From an uncultured Clostridia bacterium (lineage in GTDB: Bacteria; Bacillota; Clostridia; Tissierellales; Dethiosulfatibacteraceae), in contig CAKMKB010000144.1 in NCBI GenBank assembly GCA_927435965.1, positions 2,079-66,078 on the forward strand: a stretch of DNA of 64,000 nucleotides, read 5' to 3'. Positions 47,965 through 57,236 of the stretch are shown here, one piece after another. Under the pieces are notes generated by a model. That model was not told the DNA's origin. It saw nothing but the letters and a program-made list of their open reading frames with translations, and ran no database searches. Numbering within the stretch: position 1 is the first letter of the stretch; the number at the start of each line of letters is the position of its first letter. Made by a program: the position numbers and the translations under genes.

Positions 47965-48796
47965 AACCCTCCCCTTCCACTTCAGTTACATATGAAATGG
48001 AAACGAAAGCTCTTTCATCTATTTTTTTTACATAATCCCTTATTTTGATATACTCTCTTCTTGAAACAATAGTGTTGATTACTTTTTTGTCCTCTTTGGA
48101 ATATCCACCGATAGCATGGTAAATTGTGGTACCCCTTTCAAGGTCATTCAGAATGTAGGAGTTGATAGTATCAGCTTCATTGGAGATAATCATCATATTG
48201 ATTTTTATGTTGAAGCCAGCAATCATTTTATCAATTATTATGGAGTTGATAACAATTCCAAGAAGCGCATACATTCCTAATCGTGCACCAAAAACAAAGG
48301 CTGCGAACAGAGTCACTAAAAAGTCAGCTAGTAGCAATGATTTTCCAATTTCAATATGAGTGAAGCGATTGATAATCTTGGCAACGATATCGGTACCACC
48401 GGTTGAAGCATTTTGGTTAAAAACAATGCCCATACCTACACCACATATCACTATTCCAAAAATGAGATTGATAAACAGATCATCTGTAAATGGCTCAGCC
48501 ATCGGGAGGATAAGTTCGAAAGCTGCCAACATTACAGACAAAGCCAAACTTGAATATACGGTATAACCTCCGAATTCCTTTCCAAAAATAATAAAAGCCA
48601 AAATCAGCAAAATAGTATTGATTATAGCTAAAAAGACGCCGATTGGAATAGCGGGTATAAGATAGCCGATAACCATAGCGATACCGGTTGTGCCTCCAAC
48701 TGCTAGATTTGACGGAATAAGAAAGAAATACATGCCGCAATTTAAAATAAAAAGACCGATATTAATAATAATAAATTGTTTAATTTTAGCCTTCAT
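47954..48796 (-). CDS. YitT family membrane protein (DUF2179 C-terminal domain)
   Basis: Five to six TMs with GGTTG / GGTD motifs, and a soluble C-terminal domain (TIYHAIGGYS..VSISYVTEVEGEGF). Confidence 0.75.
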   Translation of the reverse strand: MKAKIKQFIIINIGLFILNCGMYFFLIPSNLAVGGTTGIAMVIGYLIPAIPIGVFLAIINTILLILAFIIFGKEFGGYTVYSSLALSVMLAAFELILPMAEPFTDDLFINLIFGIVICGVGMGIVFNQNASTGGTDIVAKIINRFTHIEIGKSLLLADFLVTLFAAFVFGARLGMYALLGIVINSIIIDKMIAGFNIKINMMIISNEADTINSYILNDLERGTTIYHAIGGYSKEDKKVINTIVSRREYIKIRDYVKKIDERAFVSISYVTEVEGEGFTY

Positions 48797-48891
48797 GAGA
48801 CCTCCTTTATGAAAATATTGCTGTATCCATTATAATGGGAATAAGTGCAATAGACAAGGAATTGAAGGTAATTCACAGGAGGATTTGAAAG

Positions 48892-49491
48892 ATGAAAATT
48901 GTTTGCATAGGCGACAGCTTGACTTATGGATACGGAGTGGAACAGTTTGACTCTTGGATCTATCTTATTCGAAAGCGCACAGGACTTGATATAATCAACA
49001 AGGGAATAAATGGAGATACTACTGATGGCATGTTATACAGATTTGATGAGGATGTCGCATCCATGAGACCGGATGTAGTTTTTGTGATGGGAGGTTCAAA
49101 TGACTTGATTATGAATGTTGAACCATTGGTAGTAGAATCGAATATTACAAGCTTGTGTCGACTGGCTTTTAAAAAATCAATAAAACCAATTATTGGCATT
49201 CCACCTAATGTTGATGTGGGTAATGTCAGAGAGGACTGGGCGGATTTCTCGGATTTTTTAAAAGTAGCAGAACAATTGGCAAAATATAGGGAGAGGCTAC
49301 TTCATTATTCGCAAATTTCCTGCGTTGAATATGTGGATTTCTATTCGGAAATTGAAAAGCATGCAATCAACGGAATTGGTGAATTGTATTTTGATGGCTT
49401 GCATATGAACGAAATGGGTCACAGGATTATGGCAGATATTTTTTACGAGTTTTTAATGAATAACACACCAGATTGTAGTAAAATAAAATAA
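48892..49491 (+). CDS. SGNH/GDSL hydrolase
   Basis: Block I IGDSLTYG, block III GGSND, block V DGLHMN. Confidence 0.85.
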   Translation: MKIVCIGDSLTYGYGVEQFDSWIYLIRKRTGLDIINKGINGDTTDGMLYRFDEDVASMRPDVVFVMGGSNDLIMNVEPLVVESNITSLCRLAFKKSIKPIIGIPPNVDVGNVREDWADFSDFLKVAEQLAKYRERLLHYSQISCVEYVDFYSEIEKHAINGIGELYFDGLHMNEMGHRIMADIFYEFLMNNTPDCSKIK

Positions 49492-49506
49492 AAAGGTTGG
49501 GTTTTA

Positions 49507-50631
49507 ATGAAAGGCTCATTTGTTATCGGAAGAATAAAAGGAATCGAAATAGAAATCAATTTAAGTTGGCTGATTATATTTGGTTTAATAACCTCTATGA
49601 TGGCAACCAATTTTTTTCCTCAGAATTATCCTGAACTAAATCCTGTTACAGGATGGATTTTGGGAAGTATAATGGCCATTCTAATGTTGCTATCAATTCT
49701 TCTGCACGAGTTATCCCACTCCATTGTTTCAATCAAACAAGGAATAGGGGTCAAAAAAATTACACTGTTCATATTTGGTGGGATTGCTCAGATGGATAAA
49801 GAACCTGATAATCCTATTCAGGAGCTCAAGATTGCACTGGCTGGACCAGCAATGAGTCTGATTTTGTTCATAATGTTCACTTTTTTTTATACTTTTTTGA
49901 GTTACATGGGAGTGGAGAGTTATTTAATTGCACCTCTGATATATGTCAGTAGTGTCAATCTCATCATTGTGTTGTTTAATATGGTGCCTGCCTTTCCGTT
50001 AGATGGCGGACGAGTTCTAAGAGCATTGATCTGGCATTTTCAGGGAAGTCTTCAAAAGGCAACTAAAATAACTTCTTCATTGGGGAATATATTTGGTTAT
50101 TTTTTAGTTTTTCTAGGTTTATATATAGTGTTTAGAGGGAATGTCTTGAATGGCATCTGGTTTGTTTTTATCGGATGGTTTATCAAACAACTATCTGAAT
50201 CCAGTTATCAAAACACAGTCATGACAGACTTGTTCACAAAGATTAAAGTCAGCACGTTTATGTCAAAAGATGTCATCTCTGTTGGAAGTCATATTTCAAT
50301 TGAAGCATTGGTGGAGAATTATTTTTATAAATATAAATTTACCAGCTTCCCAGTGATTGACTCTGAAAGGGTTATCGGTATTGTAACTGTAGAAAATATC
50401 AAGACACTTAATAGAGAAGAATGGAATCGTACTATCATCAGAAATATAATTACACCTATTAGCGATGATTTGATAGTTCACCCAGAAAACAATGTCAGTG
50501 CTGCTATAAAAAAGATTTTTCAAAATGGTATTGGGAGGGTCTTGGTTATGGATGGAGAGGCTCTAATTGGGATAGTGTCTAGGACAGATATCCTCAATTA
50601 TATTCGAATTCACAGCCAACTGGAAGAATAG
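49507..50631 (+). CDS. site-2 protease family (M50) metalloprotease with CBS pair
   Basis: HELSHS zinc motif in a TM, NMVPAFPLDGG second motif, C-terminal tandem CBS-like segments. Confidence 0.85.
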   Translation: MKGSFVIGRIKGIEIEINLSWLIIFGLITSMMATNFFPQNYPELNPVTGWILGSIMAILMLLSILLHELSHSIVSIKQGIGVKKITLFIFGGIAQMDKEPDNPIQELKIALAGPAMSLILFIMFTFFYTFLSYMGVESYLIAPLIYVSSVNLIIVLFNMVPAFPLDGGRVLRALIWHFQGSLQKATKITSSLGNIFGYFLVFLGLYIVFRGNVLNGIWFVFIGWFIKQLSESSYQNTVMTDLFTKIKVSTFMSKDVISVGSHISIEALVENYFYKYKFTSFPVIDSERVIGIVTVENIKTLNREEWNRTIIRNIITPISDDLIVHPENNVSAAIKKIFQNGIGRVLVMDGEALIGIVSRTDILNYIRIHSQLEE

Positions 50632-50661
50632 GGGATAGGAAAAAGGAGGGAGAATCTGAGT

Positions 50662-51630
50662 ATGCTAAAAATAGCGGAATCGGCCAGGGTTTTTGGAGAG
50701 ATAAAGATTGGAAATGGCTCTTACATAGCACAAGGAACGGTTGTTAGGTCCCTTGATGGGAATGTTAGAATCGGGAATGACAGCATGGTTTTGGAAAATA
50801 GTGTAATCATAGGTGGCGTGAATTCACCGGTTGAGATAGGCAGCAAGACCGTATTCGGGCATAAGAGCATAGTGCTTGGATCTCAAATTGGTGATTTGTG
50901 TGAGATTGGGAATCGCACGATTTTTATGCCAGGTTCAAGAATGGGAAACATGTGTATAACAGGAGAGGGAACGCTTATATCACCAGGAATGATAATTCCT
51001 GATGAATCAGTTGTGATTGGAAGACCTGCAAAGGTCATTCGAAGACTAACTGAAGACGATAAAGCAATGATTATGAGAATGAGAGGAAATGATATTTCTC
51101 TATCAGAATTTATGGAAAACATTATTGATGGGGCAAGGAGAGGTGAGAGTATGGGAGCATTATATCATTATAAGGACAAATATCCTGAAATTGGTGACAA
51201 TACATATCTATATGATTCGTCAGAGATTACTGGAGATGTGCAGATAGGAAATGACTCAATAATAGGAGCGGGTGTGAAAATCATCGGTGATGGTCACGGT
51301 CCAGTCATCATTGGAAACAATGTTCAAATACTGGAAAACTGCGTCTTGCATCTACTGCCCGGCAATCAATTAATCATCCATGACAATGTTGTAATCGGAC
51401 CTGGATCCATTGTACATGGCACCATAGTTGGACAGGGAACTGTAATCGAATCCGGTTCACTAATTTGCGACTATAGTGAGATTGGCTCAAACTGTCTGGT
51501 TAAAGCAGGTAGTCTAGTAAAGCAGAGAAGTCATTTTGGTGACAACTCATTAATTGAAGGCTATCCCGCCAAAGAGGTTGGAAAAATTGAAGGTAAGGTT
51601 GAAAGACCTGCCTGGGCTATAAGAACGTAA
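50662..51630 (+). CDS. tandem left-handed beta-helix (hexapeptide repeat, gamma-carbonic-anhydrase/PaaY-like) protein
   Basis: Two consecutive LbH modules, each ending with an (I/V)IGxPAK(V/E) type segment (VIGRPAKVIRRL; IEGYPAKEVGKI). Confidence 0.7.
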   Translation: MLKIAESARVFGEIKIGNGSYIAQGTVVRSLDGNVRIGNDSMVLENSVIIGGVNSPVEIGSKTVFGHKSIVLGSQIGDLCEIGNRTIFMPGSRMGNMCITGEGTLISPGMIIPDESVVIGRPAKVIRRLTEDDKAMIMRMRGNDISLSEFMENIIDGARRGESMGALYHYKDKYPEIGDNTYLYDSSEITGDVQIGNDSIIGAGVKIIGDGHGPVIIGNNVQILENCVLHLLPGNQLIIHDNVVIGPGSIVHGTIVGQGTVIESGSLICDYSEIGSNCLVKAGSLVKQRSHFGDNSLIEGYPAKEVGKIEGKVERPAWAIRT

Positions 51631-51666
51631 TAAAGGAGTGCCTCTAAGCACTCCTTTCATTTTGTG
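51631..51666. terminator. bidirectional terminator
   Basis: aaggagtgc (51633-51641) / gcactcctt (51648-51656), 6-nt loop, T-rich tail. Confidence 0.65.
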
Positions 51667-51681
51667 TGATTTGATTGATTA

Positions 51682-52575
51682 TTATCTTCTTTTTAGTAAA
51701 CCTACTAGAGAGATTAAAGCACCTGCTCCGTAAAACAATGGTGTTGCTACGCCGGTTGATGGAATGTCTAAAGGGGTTTCTTCATCTTCTAAATCAAGTG
51801 TTTTTGTCTCGATCTCAGTTTCAACAGGTGTTTCTTCAGTTGTAGAGATTTCTTGTGGTTCTACTATTCCTAGAGGTGTTTCTTCTGTTGTAACTGTTAT
51901 AGTATTGTCTGTGTTAACTATGCTTTCTGTACTATCAGGTGTGTCACTATTAGGAGTGGAACCTTCTGTTATGTTTTCTACGAATGGGTTTTCATCTGAA
52001 TCGTTATCTGAGTCATCATCTAAGTCGCCATTAAATTCGTCAGCTTCTTCTTGTTCACCTTCTTCTACACTTTCTTGTTCTTCTGAACCTTCTTGTCCAC
52101 CTGCGTCTGAGTTTTCTGAATCGTCATCTGACTCGTCAACGACTGTATCATCTCCGTCTGATTCGCCTTCCAAATCATCATTCGACTCTGTGACAGTTAT
52201 CCTGTAATTAATAGATCCCTGTCCTTCTTGTCCTTGTTGTGATTCTTTAGCATCGTAGGTAATGGTGGTTTCTTCTCCATCTGAAGTTTTTATAATTATT
52301 TCAGACAGCCTGCCGTCGGAAGCTGGATTCACACTTTTAGGAGCGGTATAGTTGCCGCTGTTTCCATTAGGTGTCACCTTAATCTGTTCGTCATCGATGA
52401 CCACAAATACTTCTTCGATATCATCTCTATTACCTTCAATATGCACATGAATCTTTCTGTTACCTGGTTTATCTTTCTTATCTTTATTCTCTTCATTGTT
52501 ATTAGCAAAAGCTAATGTGAAACTACTTAGTATTAGTGCTATTACCATTATTATTGCGAATATTTTCTTGTTCAT
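51682..52575 (-). CDS. secreted, highly acidic low-complexity protein with sortase-type C-terminal anchor
   Basis: Signal peptide MNKKIFAIIMVIALILSSFTLAFA; long D/E/S-rich tract. C-terminus is IPSTG + hydrophobic VATPLFYGAGALISLVGLL + KRR. Confidence 0.7.
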   Translation of the reverse strand: MNKKIFAIIMVIALILSSFTLAFANNNEENKDKKDKPGNRKIHVHIEGNRDDIEEVFVVIDDEQIKVTPNGNSGNYTAPKSVNPASDGRLSEIIIKTSDGEETTITYDAKESQQGQEGQGSINYRITVTESNDDLEGESDGDDTVVDESDDDSENSDAGGQEGSEEQESVEEGEQEEADEFNGDLDDDSDNDSDENPFVENITEGSTPNSDTPDSTESIVNTDNTITVTTEETPLGIVEPQEISTTEETPVETEIETKTLDLEDEETPLDIPSTGVATPLFYGAGALISLVGLLKRR

Positions 52576-52613
52576 TTTTTTATCCTCCTGTGGATTTGAG
52601 TTTGATTGTCTGA

Positions 52614-53030
52614 TTATACAGATTTTGCAATCAGTTCTTCTTTTGTTGTATTATCACCTTGAGTAGGGATTTGTCCATTCTTCAGCTTTGTTATATCTGA
52701 GTAGAACAGTATCATCTCACTCCCGCTATCACCGAAAATGTTAACCAGATACCATCTCCTTAGTTCCGACACGTATTTTTCGAACTTTCTTCTGCTGTTG
52801 GGTATCATGTGATATTGCAATTCGTGAAAGTCTAAAATATTGTTGTCTTTGTCAAAAACCAGATTGGAGAACTTCATACCGATGATTAGTTCGGGTTTGA
52901 CATTAACTGCTCCGAAAAAATTGTTGCTGACTTCGATTAGTATATAATCTAGAAATTTGTTGTTGCTGCTTGTTATGGCCTTGAACTTTAAGTAAAAATC
53001 ATTTTTTGTAGGGTATTCCATTAACCTCAC
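52614..53030 (-). CDS. stand-alone PAS-like domain protein
   Basis: Pattern DYILIEVSNNFFGAVNVKPELIIGMKFSNLV ... WYLVNIFGDSGSEMILFYSDITKLK resembles a PAS fold. Motif-level call only. Confidence 0.45.
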   Translation of the reverse strand: MRLMEYPTKNDFYLKFKAITSSNNKFLDYILIEVSNNFFGAVNVKPELIIGMKFSNLVFDKDNNILDFHELQYHMIPNSRRKFEKYVSELRRWYLVNIFGDSGSEMILFYSDITKLKNGQIPTQGDNTTKEELIAKSV

Positions 53031-53140
53031 CCTTTCTTATAGCGTTCTTTATATTGTTAAATATAACATGGTATAATTTTATGCAGTGCTCATACCAATT
53101 TTATTTCAATTTCATTTCGATTTTATTTTAGTTTGATGGC

Positions 53141-53161
53141 AAAAAAAAAGCCCCGAAGGGC
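53141..53161 (-). terminator. rho-independent terminator after the SARP-like gene
   Basis: Minus strand reads gccc-ttcg-gggc followed by T9, starting 2 nt after the stop codon. Confidence 0.75.
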
Positions 53162-53162
53162 A

Positions 53163-54380
53163 TTAAGTGAGTGAAAAACTGGATTCGATAGGAACAAATC
53201 TGATTTTCAAATCATATGGGTTGCTCTGATTTAAATCTTTTAGGTTAGAATATATTCTCTGCTCTATGCTATTTGTGCCATTATCCTTAACATCAGGCAG
53301 TAGGGCTAAAATCTGTGTATCATTCCAAAAGCTGAAAACATCACCTTTTCTCAAGGTTTTTATCAGAACTTTTGTCATATCATCAGACCATAATTTGATC
53401 AAATCTCGATTAGCGGAAGGTGTTTTTTTTGTGGGGTTTAGTGTGATCAAACTGATAAAATCCGATGAGTCCATAGGGTTTCTCTTTCGGTTATGCAGAT
53501 TATATAGGAATTTGAAATACTCTGCATCGCATAGAAATGGTCCATCATTAATGGTCAGTTCCAGCTTATCCTTAACATTGATAACATCCATATTGCTTTT
53601 TTCATTGTAGTTATGCTGAATTTTTCTTTCTATTTCTTTTAGCCCAGGGGTTAGTCTTATGCCGTTTTCCTTTTCTAGCACTCCGGTAATATAGTCGAAA
53701 TGACTCATGGCATTCTTGATTTTACCAAGCTTAAGCATGCTTTCTATCAGATAGATGTGTATTGATTCTTCAAATGGTTCTATTGTTATTGCTTTTTCGC
53801 ATAGGATCATAATTTCTTCGTGTTTTCCTTGTTCTTTAAGCAATTCTGCCATATTGAAAATCACTTTGAGAAAGAGTCTACTATAGTAATTGCGAACTGG
53901 AACAAGCCACATTTCATATTGACTATCACCTAGATAACCACCCTTATACATATCAATGGCACGCGAATAAGCGGCATATGCAGCATCAGTATCACTTAAT
54001 ATCAATTGATCACCCTTAAGAATCAGCTTCTCAAATTCTTCTTTGTCAACGATTACCTTATCGCCGACTTCCAGACAATAGTAACCACTCTTAAATGTAA
54101 TATTGAGGTAGTCTGACTCTATAGCACCTTCGGGCATCAGCTTTTTGATAACCTGACGTAATCTGAATATCTGACCTCTTATCATATTTTTAGGATCCGG
54201 GGAATCATTGTCTTGGTACAGATTATCAATTATAGTCTCAGGTAAAAGGTTCTTATTCTTAAAAGTAATAAAATATTGCAAAAGCTTGATCAATCTGTAT
54301 GAACGATTAGATTCTTCAACTAATGTTTTATCTCGTATGCTTACATCGAATCCGCCTAACGTATTAATATACAATATCAC
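53163..54380 (-). CDS. SARP/BTAD-type transcriptional activator with C-terminal degenerate GGDEF-like domain
   Basis: Probable GTG start at 54380 (GGGGTGA upstream) giving MILYINTLGGFDV. Winged-helix region, then BTAD/TPR-like helices (AYAAYSRAIDMYKGGYLGD..WLVPVRNYY). The C-terminal segment LRKGDVFSFWNDTQILALLP aligns to RxxDxxxRxGGDEFxxLLP. Confidence 0.65.
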   Translation of the reverse strand: MILYINTLGGFDVSIRDKTLVEESNRSYRLIKLLQYFITFKNKNLLPETIIDNLYQDNDSPDPKNMIRGQIFRLRQVIKKLMPEGAIESDYLNITFKSGYYCLEVGDKVIVDKEEFEKLILKGDQLILSDTDAAYAAYSRAIDMYKGGYLGDSQYEMWLVPVRNYYSRLFLKVIFNMAELLKEQGKHEEIMILCEKAITIEPFEESIHIYLIESMLKLGKIKNAMSHFDYITGVLEKENGIRLTPGLKEIERKIQHNYNEKSNMDVINVKDKLELTINDGPFLCDAEYFKFLYNLHNRKRNPMDSSDFISLITLNPTKKTPSANRDLIKLWSDDMTKVLIKTLRKGDVFSFWNDTQILALLPDVKDNGTNSIEQRIYSNLKDLNQSNPYDLKIRFVPIESSFSLT

Positions 54381-54532
54381 GTAATCACCCCATTTGTTGA
54401 AACAAATTAATAACAACATTTTATTTGTTTTTAAACCATTAGTCAATGTTTAATAAGAGTGCGAGTTTACTATTATAAAAAAATGGCATGCAGTGGCATT
54501 TGATTAAATTGTGATTAAAATATTTAATAAGC

Positions 54533-54561
54533 TTGAATTACTTGTGAAATAAAATTATAAT
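54533..54561 (+). promoter_or_regulatory. candidate sigma-A promoter for ddl-murF
   Basis: TTGAAT - 17 nt - TATAAT, about 45 nt upstream of the ddl ATG. Confidence 0.6.
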
Positions 54562-54604
54562 TAAACCTTAAGTAATATTACTGAGTATCTACAGGAGGCA
54601 ACAA

Positions 54605-55678
54605 ATGGCAATAAACGTTTTTGTATTATGTGGGGGAAAGTCTGTTGAGCATGACGTATCATTAATCAGTGCTATGGGCATCATCAACTCATTGGATCGA
54701 AAGAAATATATAGTGACACCAATATATATAGACAAAATGGGAAGTTGGATAAGCTTGGGAGTGATAGAAAGGGAATTAACTTCAAAGGATGAATTGATTG
54801 CAAGTGAAGATAAAAATCACACATCCGCTCTCAATATATTACTAGACATAGAAAGAACTAAAGATAAAACTGTTGTTTTTCCGGCTTTACATGGTACATT
54901 TGGTGAAGATGGAACCGTCCAAGGGTTACTGGAAATGCTTAACATACCATATGTCGGTAACGGGGTCATGTCTTCAGCTATAGCGATGGATAAAGCAATA
55001 GCGAAAGACTTGTTTACATTTAATAACATTCCTCAATGTGATTATATTGTGTTCAATAAAAGGGATTGGAATGAGAAGCAAAATGATGTTATTGATAGGA
55101 TTGAAGAGTATCTCAGATATCCATGTTTTGTGAAACCAGCTAGACTGGGCTCAAGTGTAGGTATTAACAGGGCAGCTGATCCTAAAGAGCTTGTGAGTGC
55201 AGTAGCAGAGGCCTTTTTGTTTGATGATAAAATCGTTGTAGAGAAAGAAGTAATCGGTCGAGAAATGCAAATATCTGTCATTGGTAATGATTATCCCAAA
55301 TCATCAGTGGTAGGCGAGTTTATACAAGAGCGACAATTCATGGATTACAAAGCCAAATATCTGGATGGTAAACTAATACAGGTGATAGAAGCCAATATAA
55401 CAAGTTCTACAAGTGAAAAAATGAGAGAGACAGCTTTGAGAGCATACGAAGTACTGAATTGCAATGGTTTGGCGAGGATAGATTTTTTTGTATGTGAGGA
55501 AGAGGAATTTCTAGTCAATGAAGTCAATACTATGCCTGGATTCACTAAGCTCAGTATGACACCTGCTCTTTGGAAGAAGACAGATGGCACTACCTACAGC
55601 GAACTGGTGGACGAGTTGATTGATTATGCCTTTGAACGATTTGATAAAAAGAATACTTTAAAATACGACAGGAGTTAG
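54605..55678 (+). CDS. ddl: D-alanine--D-alanine ligase
   Basis: VLCGGKSVEHDVSLISA, HGTFGEDGTVQGLLE, FVKPARLGSSVGI, EVNTMPGFT. Confidence 0.95.
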   Translation: MAINVFVLCGGKSVEHDVSLISAMGIINSLDRKKYIVTPIYIDKMGSWISLGVIERELTSKDELIASEDKNHTSALNILLDIERTKDKTVVFPALHGTFGEDGTVQGLLEMLNIPYVGNGVMSSAIAMDKAIAKDLFTFNNIPQCDYIVFNKRDWNEKQNDVIDRIEEYLRYPCFVKPARLGSSVGINRAADPKELVSAVAEAFLFDDKIVVEKEVIGREMQISVIGNDYPKSSVVGEFIQERQFMDYKAKYLDGKLIQVIEANITSSTSEKMRETALRAYEVLNCNGLARIDFFVCEEEEFLVNEVNTMPGFTKLSMTPALWKKTDGTTYSELVDELIDYAFERFDKKNTLKYDRS

Positions 55679-55682
55679 AATA

Positions 55683-57071
55683 ATGATTCGCAGAAACTTA
55701 ATTGAAATACAAAAAATGGTACAAGGGAAAGGACTCGCTGAAAATTTCCAGAATGAAATAATAGTGGGTATCTCTACAGATTCGAGAGAAATCCTACCAG
55801 ATCAGCTGTTCATTCCAATTAAAGGCGAGACATTTGATGGACATGATTTCATCAATGATGCCATAAAGAATGGTGCAAAGGCTGTGCTATGGAATGAAAG
55901 CAAGTTAAAACCTAAGATTGATATTCCTGTTATAATGGTAACTGATACCTTGCAGGCTTTACAAAATCTTGCAAAAGAATACGCGAATCAACTACAAGTA
56001 AAAATAGTAGGCATCACCGGTAGCAATGGCAAAACATCCACAAAAGATATTCTGCATGGCATTTTGAAAACGAAGTACAAAACACATAAAACACTTGGTA
56101 ATTTCAACAACGAACTGGGTGTGCCGCTGACATTGTTATCAATGGATGAGGATACAGAAATTGCCGTGATAGAAATGGGGATGTCCGCTTTGGGGGATAT
56201 AGCACTATTGTGTTCTATTGCAAGGCCTGATATTGCCATTATTACAAATTCTACAGATGTTCACATAAATGATTTGGGAAGTGTTGAGAATATTCTGAGA
56301 GCAAAGCTGGAAATCGCAGAAGGATTGAAGGAAAATGGGTTGCTTGTTCATTACGGTGACAGTGAACATTTAAAAAAAGGAGTAGAAGGGTTGGAAAGAA
56401 AAATCATTAAGCAATCATTCGGAGAGAATGAAGATAACTATTTTGTTATCAAGCTGATTTCTTCAGGGGATGATGGAGTTTATTTCAGTGTTGTGGAAGA
56501 CGAGAGCAATGTATACCACCTGCCAATGCTAGGAAAGCACCAAATGTTTAATGGCACAGCAGCAATTGCTGTTAGCAGATATCTGCAGATTTCTACCAAC
56601 GAAATCCAGAAAGCGATGTTCGAGTTAAGCATGACCGGGATGAGAAATGAAATTGTTCATGCTGATGGGTTTGATATTTTAAACGATTCATACAAATCAA
56701 ATCCGACTAGTGTTAGAGCCGCCCTTGAAACCCTATATTCGCTTAAAAACTATTCGCAAAAAATTCTTGTCTTGGGAGATATGTTTGGTACCGGAGAAAA
56801 TGAAATTGAGAATCACCTCAGGATAGGTGAGGAGATTAATCCTTATCAGGTGAATTATATATTTACATTAGGATCTCTAGGGGAATACTTTGGAAAAGGG
56901 GCTGCAAATCATTTCAGTAAAGAAGCAATAATAGCCTGCCACACCAAGGACGAGCTATTTGACGGTTTGAAAAAAGTCATACAAAAGGGCGGTATTATTC
57001 TTGTTAAGGGGTCTAGAATAGTTAGGCTAGAGGAAGTGGTTGAAAAACTCCTGACTCTAAACATCGAATGA
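55683..57071 (+). CDS. murF: UDP-N-acetylmuramoyl-tripeptide--D-alanyl-D-alanine ligase
   Basis: GITGSNGKTSTKD P-loop, NNELGVPLTL, DSYKSNPTS, GDMFGTGE. Confidence 0.95.
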   Translation: MIRRNLIEIQKMVQGKGLAENFQNEIIVGISTDSREILPDQLFIPIKGETFDGHDFINDAIKNGAKAVLWNESKLKPKIDIPVIMVTDTLQALQNLAKEYANQLQVKIVGITGSNGKTSTKDILHGILKTKYKTHKTLGNFNNELGVPLTLLSMDEDTEIAVIEMGMSALGDIALLCSIARPDIAIITNSTDVHINDLGSVENILRAKLEIAEGLKENGLLVHYGDSEHLKKGVEGLERKIIKQSFGENEDNYFVIKLISSGDDGVYFSVVEDESNVYHLPMLGKHQMFNGTAAIAVSRYLQISTNEIQKAMFELSMTGMRNEIVHADGFDILNDSYKSNPTSVRAALETLYSLKNYSQKILVLGDMFGTGENEIENHLRIGEEINPYQVNYIFTLGSLGEYFGKGAANHFSKEAIIACHTKDELFDGLKKVIQKGGIILVKGSRIVRLEEVVEKLLTLNIE

Positions 57072-57083
57072 ATTATTATGATG

Positions 57084-57122
57084 GGTTGTGTTCCATATTA
57101 TGTGGAACACAACCTATTAATT
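57084..57122 (+). terminator. rho-independent terminator after murF
   Basis: 12-bp stem ggttgtgttcca / tggaacacaacc, followed by tattaattt. Confidence 0.7.
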
Positions 57123-57236
57123 TGGGAACCTTTTGCTAATGGATTACGACTAACTATTTATAAGGTTTACTAAAGGTAATAAAAATCCATATCTGATATA
57201 ATGTGAGAAGATAATGAATTGAGGGAGGAAAGAATA

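Noticed and set aside
51764-52207. 147-aa Ser-rich ORF antisense to the acidic surface protein gene
   Set aside because: This is a mirror-frame artefact of a low-complexity GAx/TCx-rich region. The sense gene has a signal peptide, a sorting signal, an RBS context and flanking terminators.
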